A stretch of 64,000 nt of DNA from Myxococcales bacterium (GCA_022563535.1 JADFNE010000016.1:9025-73024); one strand, 5' to 3'. Numbered from the stretch's first letter, positions 39,818 to 49,513 are shown. Notes: generated from the sequence alone by a model not told the origin. Numbers and translations are program-made.

Positions 39818-40426
39818 TCAGTCCTTCGTCAAAAAGTGGCGAACGAGTTCAAAGCGATCGTTGCCCCAGAACATCTTGTCTTCGACAAAGATCGTCGGGA
39901 CTCCGAATACGCCCCGTTCAATGGCCTCTTTGGTGTCGATCTCGAGACGCGTCACCAACTCCTCGGACTCGGCACGCGCCAGGGCAGCGTCCGCATCGAG
40001 CCCGGCGTCTTTGAGCAGCGAATGAACCACTCCCGGGTCGGCGGGATCTCTCGGCTGTGCCCAGCGAGCGCGATACATCGGGCCGTGAAACTCATGAAAG
40101 CGTCCCTCGTCCTTCGCCACCAATGCCGCGCGCAACGACAGGCTGGTGTCGCTCTTCATGAACTCGCGCGCATTCGGTGAGATTTCGGCGCCACACAACT
40201 CGGCCCAGTGCAGCAGGCTCGCCATGTAGTCGGCGCGCTTGCGAGGCCCAGATTCTGGCGGCCGGCTGGGCTTTTCCTGGCCCTCGGGAGGTTCGATCAG
40301 CTTGCGGAGCCGGACGGGGCGAAAATCGATCTCGACGTCCAGGTCCCTAAAGTAGGCTTCGACTCGGCAACTGCCGAAGTAGGCCCAAGGTCAAGCGTAG
40401 TCGTAATAAAAGGGAATCGTGCGCAT
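39818..40426 (-). CDS. DsbA/HCCA isomerase/kappa-GST family selenoprotein (202 aa, Sec at codon 12 = TGA 40391-40393)
   Basis: MRTIPFYYDYA-U-PWAYFGSC.. continues without other stops into ORF 39818..40225 (GVFGVPTIFV, FWGNDR); GAGGA RBS before ATG 40426; hairpin after the UGA. Confidence 0.85.
40362..40380 (-). promoter_or_regulatory. Putative bacterial SECIS hairpin
   Basis: AC[T]TCGGC-AGTT-GCCGAGT: 7-bp stem with a bulged U and G-U in the loop, +11..+29 after the UGA. Confidence 0.7.
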
Positions 40427-40481
40427 CGAATTTTTCCTCGGGTTGTCGGTTGGTTGTCGCTTGGTAATCGACGTGGTGCCC

Positions 40482-41201
40482 TCAGGCCTCCAAAGTCTTT
40501 CGTCCCGCCTCACTGCCTCGTCGGCTCAGTTCAATCAGTCGAACCGTGTGCGCGACCAGGGTCGGTCGTTCCGCGAGCATTACGGCACTTCCCGCCATCG
40601 GGCCGTCGCGCATCAACAGCAGCATCCCAAATACTGCGAGATCCGCAACGCTGAGCTGATCGGCGTAGAAATAGGGGCGGCTGCCGAGAAAGCCCACCAG
40701 GTCGTCCAGGCGAGCAGACAACTCTTCCGAAATAATTTCGGTCCCCGGAATGACCTCGTTTGCAGGCTCCGATTCGATTCCCATGCGCTCTTCGACGCGC
40801 TGGTGAATGCGGGTCAGGAGTCCCGGCGAGGAACGAGCCTGCTTTCGCTCGTGTTCATCCCTCGCTGTGCGCCAACGGTTCCAGTAAAAAGCAAAGCTCG
40901 CGTCGGACCAGATGGCCAGGCTCTCCTGTTGCCGACGAATCCGTGGCAGTGCGGAGAACAGTGAGGGCTCTGGAAATAGCTGCTCGAGCCAGACGAGAAT
41001 TTCGCCCGATTCCGAGACTCGCTTTCCGTCCACCTCGAGTACCGGCAGGGTCTGCTTGTCCGGGCTCAGCCGCTTGATTTCCTCGGCATCGCTGACCTCG
41101 ATGCGCCGATAGTCCACCCCCTTGAGCGCGAGCGCACACGCCACTTTTTCGGTGAAGGGGTTCAGGGCCTGGGAATAGAGATTGACGTTGGGCATTGGCA
41201 T
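40482..41201 (-). CDS. Glutathione S-transferase family protein
   Basis: NPFTEKV, LPVL..ESGEI, LSVADLAVFG; alternative start 41225. Confidence 0.85.
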   Translation of the reverse strand: MPMPNVNLYSQALNPFTEKVACALALKGVDYRRIEVSDAEEIKRLSPDKQTLPVLEVDGKRVSESGEILVWLEQLFPEPSLFSALPRIRRQQESLAIWSDASFAFYWNRWRTARDEHERKQARSSPGLLTRIHQRVEERMGIESEPANEVIPGTEIISEELSARLDDLVGFLGSRPYFYADQLSVADLAVFGMLLLMRDGPMAGSAVMLAERPTLVAHTVRLIELSRRGSEAGRKTLEA

Positions 41202-41348
41202 CTTGGGTCTAATTGATTCCGTCAATGCCAGTTGCGTTCTCGCCAGGCTGCGGAATCGGGGGTTGAAAATTGGAGTCTAGCTCGGGGTGCCCGTTTACGC
41301 GACGCCGCTGGGCCGAAGAACAAAGCCACCGGAGCGAAACTCGAAAAT

Positions 41349-42560
41349 TCAGCGAATGGCGCCCGCTTGCTTCAGTTCCGCGATCGCAACGGCTTCGACG
41401 CCGAGTTCCATCAACACTTCGTCCGTGTGTTCGCCCAGGCGCGGAGCGTGTCGTTGGATCGAAGCGGGGGTGCGCTCGAAGCGGACCGGCGGGGAGAGGT
41501 ACTGCACTGTTCCGAACCGCTCGTCCTCGCGGCGAACGACGCACTTGCGATGGACGGCCTGGGGATCGGCGAGAAAGTCGTCAATCGTATTGACTGGCGC
41601 AAAGGGCGCTCCTTCCTTGCGGGTCTTGGCGAGAAACTCGTCGGTCGGAATCTTCAGGATCTCTTCAGCGATCAGTGGCACCATCGCGCGCCAATTCTGG
41701 AAACGCTCGATCATCTTTTGGAAGCGCGAATCCACGGCGAGGTCCGGCCGATTGATGACCCGGCACAGCCCCGCATACTGATCGTCCTGAATGATCAGGC
41801 CCACGACGTGCCCGTCGGCGGTTTCCCAACTGCGGAAGAAGTCCTTGCCCACACTGACATCGTTGCGCAGCGGCGGATAGGAACGCTCCATCATGGATTC
41901 GGGGAGCGCAAACGCACTGTAGGCGTCGATCATCGCAATCTCGACTCGCTGGCCGCGCTTTTCGGGATCGCGCTCCCGGGCCAACAGCGCGGCGAGCACA
42001 CCACCCAAGGCCGTGAGTGCCGTCGACTTGTCAGCCATTGCGCCCTGCACTAGCGCGGGGGGACCGTCACCGCCTTGTTCAGGCATCAAGCCGATCAAAC
42101 CCTGGAGTACCTGGTCGTAGGCTGGCAATTCTGCGTAGGGTCCGTCACTACCGAAACCGCTGATGGCGACGTAGATGAGGCTCGGATTGAGTCGCGACAT
42201 GACCTCGTACCCGAGTCCAAGTCGATTCATCACGCTGGGACGGAAGTTTTCGATCACGACATCGATCTGAGGCAACAGGTCGAGAATCATGTCGCGTCCG
42301 AGTTCGTTCTTGAGGTCGACCACAATGCTTCGCTTGTTGCGATTGAACTGCGAAAGAAAGCCAGAAAATCCCGGCTCGCGAAACGGCGCCCCACTGTGGC
42401 GACTTGGATCGCCGGAGGGCGATTCCACTTTGATCACGTCTGCCCCGAAATCGCCGAGGGACTGGGTGCACATGGGACCCGAAATCACTGTTGTGAAGTC
42501 GAGCACGCGAAGGCCTGAGCAGGGTCCCTGCGCTGCTTGCGATGAACCGTCTTTGCTCAT
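41349..42560 (-). CDS. CaiB/BaiF family III CoA-transferase
   Basis: GLRVLDF, GADVIKVE, NRNKRS, ENFRP, GPY..PAYD, APRLGEHT. Confidence 0.95.
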   Translation of the reverse strand: MSKDGSSQAAQGPCSGLRVLDFTTVISGPMCTQSLGDFGADVIKVESPSGDPSRHSGAPFREPGFSGFLSQFNRNKRSIVVDLKNELGRDMILDLLPQIDVVIENFRPSVMNRLGLGYEVMSRLNPSLIYVAISGFGSDGPYAELPAYDQVLQGLIGLMPEQGGDGPPALVQGAMADKSTALTALGGVLAALLARERDPEKRGQRVEIAMIDAYSAFALPESMMERSYPPLRNDVSVGKDFFRSWETADGHVVGLIIQDDQYAGLCRVINRPDLAVDSRFQKMIERFQNWRAMVPLIAEEILKIPTDEFLAKTRKEGAPFAPVNTIDDFLADPQAVHRKCVVRREDERFGTVQYLSPPVRFERTPASIQRHAPRLGEHTDEVLMELGVEAVAIAELKQAGAIR

Positions 42561-42600
42561 GCGCCCTCCCCTTCGTCAATCAAGAACCCGATCAAGCACC

Positions 42601-42744
42601 TGGGTTCTACCCCTTTTCCACGAACAGTTGAGTTAAGCCTACTTCTTCTTGCCTGCGTTGTTCAGTCCTTCTTGCTCTCCTTGGATTGTGGAATCGTTCG
42701 ATGTAGTCGAAGATATCTGCCCGTGCCTCAGCCCGCGTGCTGTG
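42601..42744 (-). mobile_element. IS3-family remnant: transposase C-terminus plus right inverted repeat
   Basis: Minus-strand translation STRAEARADIFDYIERFHNPRRARR...LTQLFVEKG* and terminus ...CTGTTCGTGGAAAAGGGGTAGAACCCA ending in CA; rest of the element absent. Confidence 0.75.
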
Positions 42745-42942
42745 AAGATCAAGAGGAAAACGATGCGACGCAGAAAAAGAGAGCGCTTGGCCAGCAAAGC
42801 CGCCTAGACTGAAACTGAAAACTGTCTCCTAGGTAAACCCGTCGCGATCAGCAACATCACGCCCGGCCACAGAGTTCGTCAATTCTGGTCGAAGCGAAAT
42901 CATGGCGACGCACGGGTTGCCGGGCGAAGGTGGGGAAGCGAG

Positions 42943-44400
42943 ATGTCGGAGTTGGTGGTTGCGCCCGGTAGCACGGGACGCGCGATGAAGTGGGGCGCGG
43001 TCGGCCTGTTTACGCTTGTCTTGCTTGTATGGCTCGTGAGCTGCACGGGCACCCGGGTCAACATCCTGATCGTTTTGATCGACGACATCGGGCGCGAGAA
43101 CATCTCATCCTATGGACTTGGGGCCCCTGATGCACCGCCAACGCCAACCATCTCAGCCTTGGCTGCCCGGGGAATGCGCTTCGACTACTTCCAGGCGAAC
43201 CCGATCTGCAGCCCTTCCCGAGCAACCCTGCTAACTGGAAAAATACCGCGTCACCATGGCATGACGGCCAACGCCATGACCAAGAGATTCGATCGCACCC
43301 TGGCCGATCAACCGAGCTTTGCCGACGTGGCCCGGGACAATGGCTACTACACCTTCGTGCTTGGCAAGTGGCATCTGGCTGGCGATTCAGCCCCGATGAC
43401 TCACCCGCTGAACTACGGATTCGACTACGCCGATGTCTCGCGCGCGAATCTGAAATCGTACTACCAATGGACGAGCTACCGAAACGGAACCGCGCACGAG
43501 GTCGATACATACGCCACGACCTACGTCACCGATCAAGCGATTGATCGCGTCCAGTCCGCGCGCGGACCCTGGCTGGGATTCGTTGCCTACCACGCGGCCC
43601 ACGAATCCTTCCATGACCCTCCCAGCGAGCTGCTTTCGCGACCGCGCCCCCTGCTGAACAACGCCGAGCGCCATCGTGCGATGATCGAGGCCATGGACAC
43701 CGAACTCGAACGGCTGCTCGCCGCGCTCCCAGCAAATACGCTCGTGTTCCTTCTGAGTGACAACGGTACGCCGAAGGCAGAGGACACCTTCTGGGGAGAT
43801 GGACGAACCAAGGGGACCCCGTACCAGGGAGGCGTAACGGTTCCCGCGATCGTGTTTGGGCCGGGGGTCACAGTGGGGTCGAGTGATCGACTCGTGGGCT
43901 TGATCGACATCTACGCGACGATCGCCGAGTTGGTTGGCAGCACGCAGCCGATACCGGCGAACTCGCGTTCATTGATGAGCATTCTCGGCGGCGAAGATCA
44001 GCCACTGCATCGCTGGATGATGGTGGAGCGCCACGGCTATACCAAGGTATCGCGAGCAGCATGGTGGGGTCGCTGCTACAAGGGGATCACCTTTATCGAT
44101 CCAAAATTTCCCGTCGCCACCGACTTTGCGCTCTTCGACGTGTGCAAGGACCCAGATGAGCGCAACGATTTGGCGCCCGGGCTGGGCGCCGATGGTGGAA
44201 GTTCGGCCAGTCCAACTCGAACGGCATTTCTGACGACTCGACATCTCTTGACCCAGACATTGGAATGTGTCGATTTCCTCGACAACGACGGCGACGGTTC
44301 GACGGATATGAGGGACGCCGAGTGCCAACTCGAGCCCTGGGCTCCCGAGGGTCGTCAGGCTTCACGTCCTGCCGATATTCCTGCCGATATAGTGGAGTAG
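42943..44400 (+). CDS. Formylglycine-dependent sulfatase, secreted or lipoprotein
   Basis: NILIVLIDD, CSPSR, GKWHL, SDNG, KGT.YQGG; C-terminal C..DNDGDG..D..C motif; alternative start 42985. Confidence 0.88.
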   Translation: MSELVVAPGSTGRAMKWGAVGLFTLVLLVWLVSCTGTRVNILIVLIDDIGRENISSYGLGAPDAPPTPTISALAARGMRFDYFQANPICSPSRATLLTGKIPRHHGMTANAMTKRFDRTLADQPSFADVARDNGYYTFVLGKWHLAGDSAPMTHPLNYGFDYADVSRANLKSYYQWTSYRNGTAHEVDTYATTYVTDQAIDRVQSARGPWLGFVAYHAAHESFHDPPSELLSRPRPLLNNAERHRAMIEAMDTELERLLAALPANTLVFLLSDNGTPKAEDTFWGDGRTKGTPYQGGVTVPAIVFGPGVTVGSSDRLVGLIDIYATIAELVGSTQPIPANSRSLMSILGGEDQPLHRWMMVERHGYTKVSRAAWWGRCYKGITFIDPKFPVATDFALFDVCKDPDERNDLAPGLGADGGSSASPTRTAFLTTRHLLTQTLECVDFLDNDGDGSTDMRDAECQLEPWAPEGRQASRPADIPADIVE

Positions 44401-44659
44401 GCATCTTGCTTTCTCTGCCAAGCAGACCTAGGGCATGATGATTCAGTGTTAGGCGACACACGCTCAAGTGCTCAATCAACCGCCATGCGTCTTACCCTCG
44501 CGCTGGGTCCACTCGAACCCTGATTTTGGTCGCCGTGTTTGCCGGCTGCTGTGATACGGCCGGCGACCTGGATCAGAACTACAAGTTGGCATGTTCTCAA
44601 GCCCGAGCGTCTCTGGCTAGATTCAACGGGTTCCGCGGTCACCACTCCAAGCTCCCCGA

Positions 44660-45295
44660 TCAAGCACTCCGATGACGTTCGATCTGCAAAACCAGTGTTT
44701 CCTTCAAGAATTCGAGTTCGCGGTCCCGGGAACGCGCGGGCTTGGGTTCGAGCATTCGGGTCGTCGCCAGGCCGGAGAACACCGACACCGCGTAGAGCAT
44801 GATCTCGATGGTCTGCTGACTCGACGGATCACTCTCGGGGAAATAGCGAGACCAGATGCGATGCCATTCCCCCAACATCTCTCGCTGCCACGGCGGTTCG
44901 ATTTCGTCGGGCAAATTGAGCAGGATCTCGAAGGTCGATCGGTAGAGCGGACTGGAGAAGTGGATCCAGCTCCGCTCGACAAATAGTGCCACGCGTTTTT
45001 CGAGACCTTGGCCTTCGGGGACCTGGCCGAGGGTCTCCGCAAAGCGGTGGAAGGATTCCTCCAGCACCGCCTTCAAGATGCCGTTTTTGTCCCCGAAATG
45101 ATGTTGCACCGCTCCCCAGGTCACCCCCGCTCGCCGGGAGATCTCGACCGCAGTCGCGCGCGTGAAGCCGATATCAGAAATGGCCTCGACCACTGCGGCC
45201 ATCACTCGCTCGCGAGTTTCCGCTGTGCGTTCGGCGTGGGTGCGTCGCGCTCGCACCGGCGGCGGCTTTTTTGCGCGCGGACTCAACGGCGCCAC
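44660..45295 (-). CDS. TetR/AcrR family transcriptional regulator
   Basis: GFTRATAVEISRRAGVTWGAVQHHFGDK HTH. Confidence 0.92.
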   Translation of the reverse strand: MAPLSPRAKKPPPVRARRTHAERTAETRERVMAAVVEAISDIGFTRATAVEISRRAGVTWGAVQHHFGDKNGILKAVLEESFHRFAETLGQVPEGQGLEKRVALFVERSWIHFSSPLYRSTFEILLNLPDEIEPPWQREMLGEWHRIWSRYFPESDPSSQQTIEIMLYAVSVFSGLATTRMLEPKPARSRDRELEFLKETLVLQIERHRSA

Positions 45296-46149
45296 TCATC
45301 GTCGACGTTGTACAGGCGTGCCATCGACTGTGAAACCAACGAACCCACCGGCAATGCGACCCCCGCCTGGCGAGCCAGCTGTAGCGCCCATGCCAGATCC
45401 TTTTCGGCGATCTTCATATGGCCGCGCATCAATTTCTGGAAGCCCTCGCTCTTGCGCGCCTCTTCTGGAATTTTGTGTCCTGCGAGGAAGGAGAGCATCA
45501 TTTCTGTGATCTGGCCGTTTGAACGACCCGCCTCCTCCAGAACTTCCTGAGGCAGGCCGATCGCGCGCGCCAGGGCCATCGACTCGTACGCGGCCGACCA
45601 TTGGATGTACGTAATGAGATTGATGCAGAGCTTCAACTTGGCGCCGTTGCCGAGTTCTCCCGCGTGCACGATTGGCACTTCACTCGTGGCTTCGAAATAG
45701 GGGCGCGCTTTTTCGACCGCGGCATCCGATCCGCCGACCAGGTAGGTGATCTGTTTGGTCAGCGCGCGCGCCTGGCCGCCGGTCACGCACGCATCCAACA
45801 CCGCGACGTCTCTTTCGGACGCCGCCATTGCAACTTTGTTGGCAGTCTCTGGAAGCACGGTGCTATGAATCAAGATCACGCTTCCCGCTTTCATCCCGCT
45901 CAACAGTCCATCTTCGCCGAGGACGACGTCGATGACGTGGGAGTCTTCGGGAACACAGATCCCGACGAGCTCGGCATTGGCACCCACCTCCCGGGGCGAT
46001 CCGGCCGCCTTCGCGCCACCGGCGACCAACTCCTGTACCGGCGCTTCGACGATGTCGAACACCGTCGTCTCGAATCCTGCCGGGGCCAGATGCCCCGCAA
46101 TCGGCAGACCCTGGTTGCCCAACCCGATAAAGCCAACTCGAAGCGTCAT
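45283..46149 (-). CDS. NAD(P)-dependent oxidoreductase, 3-hydroxyisobutyrate dehydrogenase family
   Basis: VGFIGLGNQG, IHSTV, DACVTGG, KLCIN, EKDL. Confidence 0.9.
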   Translation of the reverse strand: MTLRVGFIGLGNQGLPIAGHLAPAGFETTVFDIVEAPVQELVAGGAKAAGSPREVGANAELVGICVPEDSHVIDVVLGEDGLLSGMKAGSVILIHSTVLPETANKVAMAASERDVAVLDACVTGGQARALTKQITYLVGGSDAAVEKARPYFEATSEVPIVHAGELGNGAKLKLCINLITYIQWSAAYESMALARAIGLPQEVLEEAGRSNGQITEMMLSFLAGHKIPEEARKSEGFQKLMRGHMKIAEKDLAWALQLARQAGVALPVGSLVSQSMARLYNVDDEWRR

Positions 46150-46238
46150 CGACACTGTCCTTTTTCATGCGGCCGCGGACGGGCCATCGATGGGTCCGTC
46201 ACCGTCGTTCCGGTCATCAAACCCTATCATAATTTACC

Positions 46239-46255
46239 TTGCAAGCGCATTGCAA
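46239..46255. promoter_or_regulatory. TTGCAA-N5-TTGCAA symmetric site in the divergent promoter region of the cyp51 cluster, candidate operator
   Basis: Hexamers at 46239-46244 and 46250-46255 in an AT-rich patch; assignment to the nearby TetR is inference. Confidence 0.35.
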
Positions 46256-46342
46256 ATTGGATACGGTCGTCTCGACGCTTGAATACTCACTTTCTGCGCA
46301 AGGCTCCATTGCGCTGACAGCCAAGGTCTGAGGATCAATCAA

Positions 46343-47836
46343 TTGCCCCTGTCCCCCCTCGCTCCCGAAACCCGAAATCTGATCGACGGTGAATTGTGTC
46401 ACGCCAGCAACGGCAACACGTTCGATAATCTGAATCCGACCACAGGACAGATACTCGGGCAGGCCGCAGACGGCACCAAGGACGACATGCTCCGCGCGGT
46501 CGAAGTCGCGCGCCGCGCCTTCGACGAAACCGATTGGTCTGTCGACCCTGAATTTCGCAGCCGCTGCCTGCGACAACTCTATGAAGGGTTGGTCGAAGAG
46601 AAAGAACAGCTTCGCGCAATCGTCGTCCACGAGGCCGGCGCACCCATTTCCTTGACCCCCTACATGCACGTGGACGATCCGATCGAGATGATGTCCTACT
46701 GGGCAGATCTCACCGCCTCGTATGAGTACGAAATCCGCATGCCCGACGTGCCCTTCTTGGGCAAGCCCCAGGGCCGCTTGCTGCGCAAGGAGGCGGCCGG
46801 CGTAGTCGGGGCCATCACACCCTGGAACGTGCCGCTGTATCTCAATATCGCCAAGATCGGCCCGGCACTGGGAGCGGGCTGCACCCTCGTGCTCAAGCCG
46901 GCGCCCGACACACCGTGGTCGGCGACGCATATCGGCAAGATCGTCGCGGAGAAGACCGACATTCCCGCAGGCGTATTCAACATCGTCGCCTCCTCGGATC
47001 ACATGACCGGCGAGATCCTGTCCTCGGATCCGCGCATCGATCTGGTGTCGTTTACGGGCTCGACCGCGACCGGGCGGCGCATTATGGAATCTGCCGCGCC
47101 CACGGTGAAGAGTGTGTTCCTCGAGCTGGGCGGCAAGTCCGCAAACATCGTGCTCGACGACGCCGACCTGGCAGCGGTACTTCCCGGGGCCGCCATGACG
47201 TGTGTCCATGCTGGACAGGGCTGCGCGATCACCACCCGCCTGCTGGTCCCCCGTGCTCGCTACGACGAAGCCATCGAGATCCTCATCGGGGCCTTTGAAA
47301 ATTGGAACTACGGCGACCCCACCAACCCAGCCAATCTTCAAGGCCCCCAGATCAGCAAGCGTCAGCAAGAGCGGGTGCTGCGCTACATCGAAATAGGAAA
47401 GCGAGATGGAGCGCGCTGCGTGGTCGGGGGCGGCAAGCCGAGCGGTGACCTCGGAGACAAGGGGTGTTTTGTCGAACCGACTCTGTTCGTCGATGTAGAT
47501 CCCGACTCGACGATCGCTCAGGAAGAAATCTTTGGCCCCGTGCTCTGCGTGATTCCCTACGAGGATGACGATGATGCCGTGCGCATCGCGAACAATTCCG
47601 AGTACGGGCTTTCGGGCGCCGTTCAGACAAATGACATCGAACGCGGGATCGCGGTAGCGCGCAGAATTCGCGCGGGAACCCTGTCGGTCGCGGGCGCTCA
47701 GTGGTTCCATCCCGACACGCCATTTGGCGGCTACAAGCAAAGTGGTGTAGGACGCGAAAACGGAGTGATGGGATTCGAAAGCATGCTCGAAACCAAGGTG
47801 ATCGCCATCCCTGCAGACTCGACAGTGGGCAAGTGA
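46343..47836 (+). CDS. Aldehyde dehydrogenase
   Basis: ITPWN, FTGST, LELGGKS, GQGC, EEIFGP, PFGGYKQSG. Confidence 0.95.
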   Translation: MPLSPLAPETRNLIDGELCHASNGNTFDNLNPTTGQILGQAADGTKDDMLRAVEVARRAFDETDWSVDPEFRSRCLRQLYEGLVEEKEQLRAIVVHEAGAPISLTPYMHVDDPIEMMSYWADLTASYEYEIRMPDVPFLGKPQGRLLRKEAAGVVGAITPWNVPLYLNIAKIGPALGAGCTLVLKPAPDTPWSATHIGKIVAEKTDIPAGVFNIVASSDHMTGEILSSDPRIDLVSFTGSTATGRRIMESAAPTVKSVFLELGGKSANIVLDDADLAAVLPGAAMTCVHAGQGCAITTRLLVPRARYDEAIEILIGAFENWNYGDPTNPANLQGPQISKRQQERVLRYIEIGKRDGARCVVGGGKPSGDLGDKGCFVEPTLFVDVDPDSTIAQEEIFGPVLCVIPYEDDDDAVRIANNSEYGLSGAVQTNDIERGIAVARRIRAGTLSVAGAQWFHPDTPFGGYKQSGVGRENGVMGFESMLETKVIAIPADSTVGK

Positions 47837-49494
47837 GTAGTCAAGCGAGTACCCCGAGCGAATCGGAGCCCCTGGCTCCGTCGCGGGCCGCGCATCCAGG
47901 AGGGCGGGCGCCGCCGGTGCTGTCCCGTTCCCGACCGCTGATCGGCCATCTGGGCGAGTTGCGCCGCGATCCGATCGGATTGTTTCAACGGGTGCGCGAC
48001 GAACTTGGAGAAATCGGAGAAATCAATTTCGCGGGCAACCGCGTGGTAATGATGATCGGAGAGGAGGCGCAAGAGGCCTTCTTCCGCGGAAGTGACGAAC
48101 AACTCGATCAGGCGGCCGCCTATCCCTTCATGACCCCGATCTTTGGCAAGGGCGTGGTCTTCGACGGCACTCCCGAACAACGCAAGCAGGCGATTCGCAA
48201 CCAGTCCCTCACCGCAAAATTCATGAAAGGGCACGCCGAGACGATCTCCGGCGAAGTCCATCGCATGATCGAGCGGCTCGGCGATGAAGGCGAGATCGAC
48301 TTGCTCGACTTCTTTTCCGAACTCACGATCTACACCTCGAGCGCCTGCTTGATCGGCAAGGAGTTTCGGGAAGAGTTGACGCCGGAATACTTCCAGGCAT
48401 TTTACGAGTTGGAGAAGGGAACCGACGCGATCGCATACGTGAACGCCAACCTTCCGCTACCAGCATTTCGCGCGAGAGACCGCGCGCGCCGGCGCCTGGT
48501 CAGTCTGCTCACCGATGTATTCGAGCGGCGACGTCAGAATCCAAACGCGAAACGCGAATTGTTCGATGTGCTGCTCACCCTCGAGGACGAGCACGGTGAG
48601 CCCCGATACCCGATCGACAAGATTACCGGCATGTTCATCTCACTCATGTTCGCGGGGCACCATACGACTTCGGGCAGCGCAGCCTGGACCCTGATCGAAC
48701 TGCTCAAGAACCCTCACATCATGAAGGACGTCGTCAGCGAACTCGACGAACTCTACGCAGATGGGCGCGATGTGAGCTATCAGGCCCTGCGAGAGATCCC
48801 CGCCCTCGAACATTCGATCCTCGAAGCCCTGCGCATGCATCCTCCGCTGATCATCTTGATGCGAAAGGTGATGTACGACTTCCACTACAAAGGTTTCACG
48901 ATCGCCGCTGGCAAACTCGTGGCCGTATCGCCTTCGATTTCGAATCGAATGCCCGAGTGCTTTCCCGACCCCGACCGCTACGACCCGAGCCGCTACGAGC
49001 ACTGGCGCGAAGAAGACAAGCAGAACTTTGCCTGGATCCCCTTCGGCGCGGGCCACCACCGTTGTGTCGGATCGGCGTTCGCGATGATGCAGCTCAAGGC
49101 AATTTTCAGTGAGCTGTTGCGCCACTACGATTTTGAATTGTCCCAGCCGCACGCGAGCTACGAGAACGACCATTCGAAGATGGTGGTCCAGTTGAAACAA
49201 CCGTGCCGGGCCCGCTACCGCCGGCGGCGAACGATCGCAGTTGCAAGCGCCAGTCGTTCGCAGGCCAAGCAAGAACCCCTGGCCCCCGGAGCCTTTCGGA
49301 TCTGCGTCAATATGGACCTCTGTCAGGGCCACGGCGTCTGCGTGGGGGAAGCGCCCGAGATCTTCGAAGTCGAACGCGAAGACAACAAGGTCGTGCTGAA
49401 GAAACGTGATCACGGCGAAGAACAACGCGCGCGGGTTGAACTCGCCGTAGAGCATTGCCCCACACGCGCGTTGTCTATCGAAACAGATGATTGA
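47833..49494 (+). CDS. cyp51: CYP51 (sterol 14-alpha-demethylase family) P450 fused to a C-terminal ferredoxin
   Basis: AYPFMTPIFGKGVVFD, ELTIYTSSACLIG, ISLMFAGHHTT, FGAGHHRCVG, then linker and CQGHGVC...CP; GTG 47833 overlaps the ALDH stop. Confidence 0.9.
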   Translation: MSSQASTPSESEPLAPSRAAHPGGRAPPVLSRSRPLIGHLGELRRDPIGLFQRVRDELGEIGEINFAGNRVVMMIGEEAQEAFFRGSDEQLDQAAAYPFMTPIFGKGVVFDGTPEQRKQAIRNQSLTAKFMKGHAETISGEVHRMIERLGDEGEIDLLDFFSELTIYTSSACLIGKEFREELTPEYFQAFYELEKGTDAIAYVNANLPLPAFRARDRARRRLVSLLTDVFERRRQNPNAKRELFDVLLTLEDEHGEPRYPIDKITGMFISLMFAGHHTTSGSAAWTLIELLKNPHIMKDVVSELDELYADGRDVSYQALREIPALEHSILEALRMHPPLIILMRKVMYDFHYKGFTIAAGKLVAVSPSISNRMPECFPDPDRYDPSRYEHWREEDKQNFAWIPFGAGHHRCVGSAFAMMQLKAIFSELLRHYDFELSQPHASYENDHSKMVVQLKQPCRARYRRRRTIAVASASRSQAKQEPLAPGAFRICVNMDLCQGHGVCVGEAPEIFEVEREDNKVVLKKRDHGEEQRARVELAVEHCPTRALSIETDD

Positions 49495-49513
49495 ATGAGC
49501 CAGAGGAGACGAA

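Noticed and set aside
44401..44659. Possible small gene or second IS end after the sulfatase
   Set aside because: No matching inverted repeat or convincing ORF found.
46217..47740. 507-aa antisense ORF, and other long shadow ORFs such as 28214..29227
   Set aside because: Antisense to well-supported genes; expected in high-GC DNA and lacking motifs.
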